Assembly: GCF_964204645.1 (NCBI RefSeq)
Contig: NC_134033.1
Coordinates: 4,054,231-4,118,230 of the forward strand
Direction of reading: 5' to 3'
Source of the DNA: Tubulanus polymorphus
Taxonomy: Eukaryota; Animalia; Nemertea
DNA: 64,000 nucleotides
This document shows positions 52,301 to 61,900 of this stretch, piece after piece; position 1 is the stretch's first letter; the number at the start of each line of letters is the position of its first letter. Below the pieces are notes generated by a model. That model worked only from the letters and a program-made list of their open reading frames with translations, was not told the DNA's origin and did not search any database. The position numbers and the translations under genes are program-made.

Positions 52301-53511
52301 ATTGAACACAATTCACGCTTCAAAACAAACACATTTCTAACTATTTCCAAGTTTTCACGACCTTTCTCTAAAGAGTAGCTGCAAAGTAATGACGAATTCG
52401 CAAATGGCAGAAGTTGACGAATTGATCGAGTCCAATTATTTTGTAAAAAAAATCCGCCCCTCAAACTGGCGCCAGTCTCGTATTTGTGAAACTTTCATCT
52501 GTTCTCGGTTTCGCTGTAATTACCGCGGTTTCTAAATTTAGACGTGTTTCAATATATCGTGTTCAAAATCATGTGCAATTATTTCTCTAAAAATATTTAC
52601 TGTCTCTCCCGAACTGCTTTTAGTTTGTGATAATATTACAGGACATTTTCTATCTATACCTCAAAATATTCTGCGTCTCTGTAAAACACTTCGTCAATAT
52701 CAGTTCTGATAATTCATACTCTACAGTCAATATAATAACTGAGTTGAAGCTAAATGAAGCGCGTTGATATCTGATTGTGGCGGGTGAGGACTTGTTCGGT
52801 GCTGACACGGAGAACCAACACCAACCAAGTAAGACGACGATGACAGCGGTAGAATAGAAACTGTGCTCATAACGAGCCAACAAATGCAGCAAACACCGAT
52901 AACGTATTTAGGAGTTATGATCGGACTTCTAGAAAACGGGTTGACTATATTTAGATATATACGATATTTAGAATTGAGAGATATGTTATAGCAGCCTCTA
53001 TTTATTACTCTTGATGATTTGAATAAATATAAATAACTGTGCCAGCTGCTGCTGCTGCTGCTGCTGCGATAGTTCTAAGAAATTCGAGTTTCAGACAATG
53101 GACATTTGATTAATTGAATTTATTGCATATTTACTATGATGATATCGTCTTAATTTTATTTATTTTATGATAAGATTCGTGTTTAATTTCAGCGACGATT
53201 CGAGTTATAGACAATGAAAATGTTATTTATATTACAGACAATGAAGATTTGATTAATTGAATTTATTGCATATTTCCTATGATGATATCATCTTAATTTA
53301 TTCTAGGTGATAATCAATTGCAAATAGTTCTAAGATTCGTGCTTGATTCCTGTGACAATTCGAGTCATAGATAATGGAAATGTGATTGATAAATTGTGTT
53401 GCAAACTGATTTTTCTTTCAATTCGATTTTGAAAGGATTTAAATTACTGCATAGAACTATCATTTTAACGAGGACTGTTAGAGAATATCTGATATTATAT
53501 CTACTTCATAT

Positions 53512-53941
53512 ATTCTACTTCGAAACTCGGAATTGCACTTGCGCGAAACGACGCAAAATCGTTCTGGCGTATTCTAAAATCCACCCAGGAAAAAAAAACG
53601 AAAGAAAGGGTAATAAACCGATATGAAATGAATTCGAAACTTATTCTGCCGGCCTGGGCGAATCCGTTAACAATGCTACTATTGATCCCGACCTCCAACT
53701 TAATAATCGAGATCAATTAAAGTCGCAGGAGCCACATGATTTAGATTTTCCTGTTACGATAGAGGAATTTGTAATAAAAATACTGAAACGCGGAAAATCG
53801 CCTGGATTAGATAATATACTTTCTGATATGTTTGCGGCTACCCTGACTATATATTTTAATGCCATTTTAGAAACCGGTTTGTACCCAAGCGATTGGTGTG
53901 AGGGTTGTATCACTCCGATCTATAAAAAGGGATCCGTATCA
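53512..53941 (+). mobile_element. 5' remnant of the same LINE insertion as 33592-35085
   Basis: Near-identical to 33592-34022, then deleted directly into Rep-A. Confidence 0.8.
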
Positions 53942-53942
53942 G

Positions 53943-55085
53943 CTTTCGACAGTTCACATCTCGTGTATAAATTAGTATAGTTGACTCTCTGTCTCTGGGA
54001 TTTCACTCGGGCATCCAACCTAAACTAAAACATTGATTCTTCCAGTCAGAACTGAAATATGAAATTGTTGTTTTTCAGATCAGCCATTCCTCACTCAGGA
54101 CCTTATTGCGGCCAATACCCCGAAGCTGAGTAAACCGACGCTGTGAACTCCTGACATTTTTGAGATAATCCATGATGCTTCACACAGAAATTGGTGGTGA
54201 GTAGATTTGTAGGTTTTTAATACTGGCTATAACAGATTACAATGTGCATGTATCGAGGCAAATTAAACATTATCATTGAGATCAATACTGTTTTTCAGAT
54301 AAGCTCTACTTCTCTCAGGATCTGATTGCTGTCAATGTTTGCTGACTAAACCAACAAGGCCGGACAGATATTAGTTGTGTAGCTCGGGTGTCACATCTCC
54401 CAATGAAACGACAACTGATCGAAATAATCCATGAAGTTCCACTCATGAATTGGTGAGCGGACAATTTAACTTCAATTCTAAATTTCAAACTTAACTTAGG
54501 TCGGATTCAAACTGATTCAAGTCTAATTAAACTTTGGTTGCTTTTTCAGAGAAGATCTTCCTGTGCAGGATCTGATTGCTGTCAATGCGTGTTGATTAAA
54601 CCGACAAATACAGTTTCCAGATTCCAGACCTTCCTCACTTCATCAGGACCTGATTGCATCGAGTGTGTGCTGACTAAACCAACCTGGTCTGATAGAGGAC
54701 TCATATGTGAGCTGAAATCTCTTCAAGGAAAAGATAATCGAAAAACTGCTCACATAAAGCGGTGAGTAGAGATTTTGAATTGTATCTCTTTAGGAAACTG
54801 AGGTTAGGTTAGATTTAATCTTAGTTTTAAACAGATGGACCCTCGTTATAGCAAACTAAAATACAGTAGACTCAATCTGAACTCGGATCAAATGTGACCA
54901 TCGATTTGCGTTTGAATTTAAGCTAAACCATAGAAATTTGACTGGCATCATTGGATGTAATGACATTCTAATTACTGTGTTCGAAGTGTTAATTTCCAAG
55001 AGTTACGAAGAGTCTTACGTTTTATCGGTATATAAACAACTTGACAAACTGCACCAGACGTTAGATACATTCAATCAGCAGCCTT
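53943..55085 (+). other. Rep-A spliced non-coding unit (putative exons 54079-54196, 54299-54452, 54550-54761, 54835-)
   Basis: Canonical acceptors and donors at each boundary; exon 54079-54196 is closed in all three frames. Confidence 0.6.
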
Positions 55086-55916
55086 TCAAACTTTCAATAG
55101 TGATCGCTTGAAGCGATGTGGTTCCATGGATACAAACTGATACCCGCATTAAGCGTACGTAATACAATGGATACTCGGTACCGTAAAACTGACGGGTTTG
55201 AACAGTTCATATGGCTGAATAACAACTTCGCTTACCTAAAGGAATTTACTTGCTTATACGAAAACGGCAAAATATTTATGAAAAAGTTCTAACTTTAAAT
55301 CGCGGTTGAGTATGAATTTTTTTCCGCAATGAAAGCAATTTAAAACAAAATATTCAGTTAACGAAACTGGGTCCTACATAAAACTTAAGATGGGGCATCC
55401 ATTCGGCACCTACCCACAAAAGTGGTTGATATCGAAAAGCGATTTCTGTCATTTCCAGATGATCGTACCAAAGCATTATCTATAGGCTAACTCTCCAAAC
55501 TACCCGTTGATAAACCCACGGTCAGAAGAAAATCGTGAGCCATTAAAAAAAATTCAAATTGTTCATCGTCCAGAATTAGTGTATAAATGGAGATAATGAT
55601 AACGGATAACTGATTACGCGTGATCAACTAAAGTACCTGTCAATCCAACTGTATCGTGACCGGAATTAAACTAGGACAAATAATCATAAACCTTAAACCT
55701 GTTGAATCTGAACGCTTCGAATCATCACCCGATTACCGAAAATGTAACTGTGGCGAGCAACGCTCCAATAGACTCGAATATAGTCATCTTTCGAAATTAA
55801 ATCTGATATAGGGGTTAACATGATTAAATTGTGAGAGAAATAAATCTACTATTCTGTTTAAATCACATATTGCGTGGTATATCCGTTGAGAGTCTGTCTC
55901 ATCGGTAGCGATCATA

Positions 55917-56108
55917 TTACACAAGTGCATACCAGTTTTTGATACCTAAATAATGTGGTCTTGATGATTGAAATAAAACACTGTGATTATCAATGATTCT
56001 GATCCTACCAGGGAAGAACAAGTAGATAAAATATATAGTCTTTTTAGCGTTGAACTTGACTTCGTATTCTATTGAAAATTGATTCCATATATCGATCATG
56101 ATATTCAA
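55917..56108 (-). mobile_element. Old non-LTR reverse transcriptase relic
   Basis: MIDIWNQFSIEYEVKFNAKKT...HYLG resembles the post-YADD part of a LINE RT. Confidence 0.5.
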
Positions 56109-56722
56109 TGCTTATGATATTTTGCATGAGGTATATTGCACTTTCTTTTACGTGGCAATTTCGTTTACCCGAATCGGTCACCATACGGTTCGGTGGTGGC
56201 TGAAAAATAATTTCATCCGGTGGCACATTTAGTAAAGTAGTATAGTATCTATTTTTCATTAGGTCGTTACATTATTACATTATTGATATCGCATGATATA
56301 CAGTGACAAAAATGTAACAAGAAAATGTGGGCATGCACGCACGCACGCACGCACGCAACACGCACTACATCGGTGAATACATTCATAGATAAATAAGTCA
56401 TCATCTATGTAATCGTCTATTTAAATTACACTGGCCAGTAAAGGGCTCACCGAGATCTCACCCTTAAATCCACACCTGAAGTAAATACTATTGCATTCAA
56501 CAAATAATCTACAATGAATCTAATAGCTACGAAAAAACACTAATTTATACGAATAGTGTAGATAAAGTAGTGATATAAAAACTGAATGGACCATAGGCCC
56601 AAAGGTCATCGTTAATATCTGTCCTTTGTTCTTTAGATTCATTACTAGAGTTTGGTGCGCGACCATGAACATTAAAACGATTCGTTTAAAAGCTCCTTTA
56701 TTGCTATTGAAGTGTTCTTAAT

Positions 56723-58111
56723 CTACTTCTTTTGTTGACGTTTATATCTCGTTCTAATTGATTTCATATCGATCGTCAGTATTGTATAAAGAAGCGGATT
56801 CAGAGACGAGTTGATCGGTAAAAATAGAACGGCCAGCCAAGCGGCCACCTGGTTCGGTATCTCGACCGAAAATACGGCGCAAAACTGAACGATTATTATC
56901 GGTAGCCAGCAAAATAGATTACAAAGATTGATTACTAAACTCCTTCGTGCTAAAACCAGTTCGGTAGGATCGGCTCTACCCGAACCCGACCTACTCCCAG
57001 ATACGAGTCTATACATCTGAGCGTACGTCGTCATTATCGTAGCCAATATGGCCGCATTAAACACGGCAAAAATAGCGAATGAATAGTGCCAGCCATTGAC
57101 GTCGATCGTCAGTAAATTCATAGGCAAACAAACTCCGGTTGTACCGTAAAAATTGTCTCCGAAGTAAGACGACGATGACAGCGGTAGAATAGAAACTGTG
57201 CTTATAACGAGCCAACAAATGCAACAAATACCGGTAACGTATTTCGGAGTTATAATCGGACTTCTGGAAAACGGGTTGACGATATTCGAATATCTCTGAC
57301 GCGTTAGAATTAAGAGGAAAGTTAAGGAACCTTCGCACGAAACGGTGACAATAACCCCGGCGAGACGACATAATGAACTATCCGTCCAGGTTTCAGAATT
57401 CAGATAATAAACGGCTTTGAATGCGTGGTCAGCTCCTGCGATCAAAAACAAATAGACCGACATCAGAAAATCACAACCGGCAATATTTATGATGAGGATA
57501 TCTGAAGATGTGTTACGTGTTCCGGAGGATTCCATCCGCAAAGCTTGAACGCGAAATAAAATAACGATACTGTTAGCGAGAAAACTGAAAGATGCGATCA
57601 CCCAGATGATGGCCCTCAGTACAGCGTTACCCATCAGGTCAGAACAGGTGGAAAATTGATCAGCTTCGGGAAGACATCGATCAACATTCGGTGCCATGCA
57701 GCAAAATTTGTAAGCATCCGAAGCGAGGTATTTCAATGATGTAAGATCGCCCAGAACGTTTCTTTCTACGGATATTACTTCGGAATTGTTGACGAGATCT
57801 AGAATTTCAAGTCCAACCAATCCGTAAAAAACATAGCTGGAAATATAATGTATTCTGTTACTGCTGATATTTAACGACTGTAATGCGGATAAACCTTTAA
57901 ATACATTTTCACCGAGAACCGATATAGAAAGTTCGTGAAGATTGAGAACAGTAAGTGACGTCAGACCTCGGAAACAACCGTCTTCTAAATGTTGCAGCGG
58001 ATTTCCGATAAGAAATAGTTGTTTTAAACCGATCAAACCTGCGAATGTATTAGTAGATAATGATGTTAAGCGGTTGTGTGTAAGGTCTAATGCGTATAGA
58101 TTGTTTAGATT
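56723..58111 (-). pseudogene. GRL101-like GPCR copy 5: LRR-7TM 3' part of exon 3, disrupted by the BEL/Pao insertion
   Basis: Receptor homology runs from NLNNLYALDL to the stop; the N-terminal part of the ORF-track call (58112-58291) is LTR sequence. Confidence 0.88.
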
Positions 58112-58761
58112 TGTTGGGAGAGTTCTCGGTCCAACACCACGGGGTTTCGGGCTCACTCCACTGACAGGCGATGGGAGTGAGGAAGCGAGCGAGGAGGACT
58201 GTATAGGTTCTCGGACAGAAGCAAAGCAAAGGCCGGGCAGAAGCAGAAGCCAGGCGGGTCGACAAGGCAGAAGCAAAGCCAGGCGGGTCACCAGACAGAA
58301 GCAAATTTAGCGAGTCGGCCAGAGTCACGTCCCCTGGTTGAAGCAGCAAGGCAGAGTCGTCGTCCTGTCCCTTGAAGCAGCCGTTCCTTTCGTCATGAAA
58401 TGACTAACTTTAAGACTTTCTTCAGACTATAGCGATTTATTTAGCGGAGAGATGTGTACAGTCAGGCTTGCATAGATGAACTGATTTTACAGGATATTTG
58501 TTGCGGCTTTTATACAAAATCAGGCTGGGAACTAATTATGATTACAATCTGTTGAGAATGTTACAAACTGTCAAAATGTTACTATAAAAAGGATTAAAAT
58601 ATACAAACGAGAGAACAGGCACAGTCTTAAACTAGTTAGAAACAAAATAATACACGTGTTATAGATTATGAAACGCGAGTTCACACGGGATCTCGGTGGT
58701 AACCAGGTCCACGCGCACTATAGCCATCTGGCTTTGATAAACTGTTGTAACGGTTACAACA
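58112..58761 (-). repeat. 3' LTR (650 bp, TG...CA) of the BEL/Pao element
   Basis: Bounded by TGTTG and CAACA; purine tract GGCGCGGGAGGA precedes it on the minus strand; it abuts the receptor exon. Confidence 0.85.
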
Positions 58762-58923
58762 TCCTCCCGCGCCAAAGTCCGGTATAGTCCAAATACGGTA
58801 AATCACGAAAATACACGAACACGCGTAATTGTTCTTTCACGAAAACATTGATAATCGGCGGCGAATAGATGATCGGTCCAACATCGAGAGTTCGCAATAA
58901 GATATCCGCGTGTCGCAAACAGT

Positions 58924-61900
58924 TCAGGCATCGAGTCGACAAACTTTCGTCGCCGGTCGCCTGTAGACTCCGCTTGTCGTCTTGAGTTCCACTGAGCGGA
59001 CATGTCCATCGCTTCCGGGATGGACATTGATGATACGTCCGAGCGGCCACTGACCACGTGGCAGGTTGTCATCGGCGAGTAGTACCACATCGTCGATTTG
59101 TAGGTCTCGGTTTGCGGTCTTCCATTTGGTTCGCTGGACAAGTGTCGGCAGATATTCCCGCGTCCAGCGAGCCCAGTACTGATTAGTGAGTGCCTGGGCC
59201 TGTCGCCATCGTTTTCTGGCGTTCAAATCATCAGCATCAAACACTCCGGGTGGTAGGTTCGGGTTCGTCTTGCCGAGTAGAAAATGGCTCGGTGTTATCG
59301 CCTCCGGTTCGTCGTGGCTGGAGTTGACGTACGTCAGTGGCCTCGAATTCACGACGGCTTCGACTTCGGTAAACACGGTGTGCAGCACTTCATCGGTGAC
59401 AATTTGTTTTCCCAGGACCACTTTCAAGTTTCTTTTAACGGACTGGACCAGACGTTCCCAAACTCCACCCATATGGCTAGCGGCAGGTGGGTTGAAATAC
59501 CACTGGATGTGATCTTGTGACGTTGCATCGGCGATTTTCGTCTGGTTCAGCTTCGCCAACTGGTCTCGAAGTTCCTTCTCGCCACCAGTAAAATTGGTCC
59601 CATTGTCCGAGTAGATTCTCTTTGGTTTTCCGCGTCTAGCGATGAATCGCCTAAGTGCCATTATGAAGCTGTCCGTGTCTAATGAGTACGCAACTTCCAA
59701 GTGCACAGCTCTGGTGGCCAGACACGTTACCAGCAGCCCGTATCTTTTCTCCGTCTTACGGAACTTTCTCACTTGGAGCGGTCCGAAGTAGTCGATACCG
59801 ACACTGCTGAACGGGCTCGCGGTGTCGAATCTGGCAGCAGGTAGGTCGGCCATTATCGGCGGCTGTGGCTTCGCTCTTCTTTTAATGCAGTAGGCGCATC
59901 GGCGAACGAGTTTCTTCACGGTCGAACGACATTCGGGGATCCAGAACTTCTGCCGGATTTCGTTCATCGTTACTGCTAGACCACCGTGGAACATTTGGTG
60001 GTGATAGTGGTGGATGATTAGTCTCGTCACTTCGTGGTTCTTCGGCAGCAGTATCGGATGTTTCGCGGCTTCTGCGATCGGTGCGTTTTTTAAGCGACCA
60101 CCAACTCTCAAGACACCGTTCTCATCAAGCTTCGGAGTTAGCGGCAGTATCTTGCTAGTTCTCGAGATTGGTCGGTGGCTTCGTAAATCAGCTATTTCCT
60201 CGCCGTACGCTGCTTCTTGTGCCGCTTTGAAAATCAGCATTTCCGCCTCTTCGAGCTCTGAAACTTTCAGCGGCTCGGTGTTCGCGACGTCTCGCTTCAT
60301 CAGGATCGACTTAGCCCTGACTACTGTCGCGACGACTCGTTTGTATTTCATCCACGAGGACCATCTAGCAGGGTCTGGAAGCGTGGTTGACACTTCTGCG
60401 ACGGACAGTGTGTTGACTTTCTTAACTTCGGGATCGTCTTGCAGCATTGAGTCGACTAGCTTCGACTTCGGCCAGTTTGTGTCATCAAGTTTGAGGAATT
60501 CAGGTCCTTCTAGCCAGACGCTGGACTTGAGTTCTGTGACGGTGGCACCTCTCGACACGATGTCAGCTGGGTTCAGACTTCCTGGGATGTGTCGCCATTG
60601 GTTTGGATGCGAGAAGTCGTGGATTTCAGCTACCCGATTGGCGATGAAGATGTGGAATCGTTTCGTTTCATTTGCGATATACTTCAGCACAATTTCGCTG
60701 TCCGACCAGAATATCGTCTCATCGATTACATAGCTGATTTCTTTGCGAATGGTGTCGGCTAGTCTCACGGCCAGGACTGCTGCTTGCATCTCTAACCTAA
60801 CTATTGATAGTTTCTTCAGCGGGGCGACGCGACATCTGCTCATGACGAATGCGACTCGGACGTTGCCATCAGCGTGTTGCGTGCGAAGGTAAGCCACGGC
60901 ACCGAAGGCTTTATCGGATGCGTCACAGAAGACATGTAGTTGTCGCCCGGTCGACGGCACATCTGGTGCTCGGTAACATCTCGGAATTTTCAGCATCTCA
61001 AGTTTGATCAATTCTTCGAGCCAGATCTGCCAATTTTCTAGGTCCCCACCAGTTAGTTCATCGTTCCAGTCGAGTTTCTGACACCAAAGACGTTGCATCA
61101 GGATTTTCGCCTTAACTGTGAATGGTGCAGCAATGCCAAACGGGTCAAAAACTGATGAAACTTTGCTTAGCACTCCCCGTTTGGTAGCCGGCGTCATTGC
61201 TTCTCGGACCTTGAAACCAATCGTGTCTGACTCTGGATCCCATATCACCTCGAGGGTACGTTCAGCGGGTAGCTGGTCGGCCATCAAATCGATCGACTGG
61301 CAGCTGACTTCGGATGGTGGTAATGCTTGCAGGACTTCACGACTGTTGCTCGTCCATTTCGTCAGTCTGAATCCACCACGTTTCACCAGCATCGTTACAT
61401 CTTTTGCGCGTTGAATAGCTTTGGCGGTCGAATTTTCGGACTTCAGAAAATCGTCCATGTAGAAATGTTTTCTAATGGCTGCGGCGGTTTCTGCGTCTAC
61501 TTCTGATTCATTGTCTTCTGCTGTCTTTCCTAAGACGTAATTCGCCATGGCTGGAGAACACCGGGCGCCGAAGATTGTGACTTGCATTTCGTAGACGTCT
61601 GGCGGTCTCGTGGTATCTAAGTCTCTCCACAGAAAACTGAGGGCTGGTCGGTCCTCTTCTCGAACTTTTACTTGGTGATACATCTGCTCGATATCGGCCG
61701 TTATAGCAATCGGCTCTTCTCTGAATCTTAGCAGGATTCCTGGTAGGCTTTGGAGCAGATCTGGGCCGGTTATGAGTTGGTTATTCAGTGACACTCCCTG
61801 GTAAGTGGCAGCAGCGTCAAATACTACTCTGATCTTCTTCTTGTTTGGGTTTACGACGGCGTGATGCGGCAAATACCATCTCTTCTTCTGGTTAGAGGCA

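Noticed and set aside
54538-54765. Cys-rich peptide gene (xDCCQC repeats)
   Set aside because: No ATG start or signal peptide, and the frame is not preserved among Rep-A copies.
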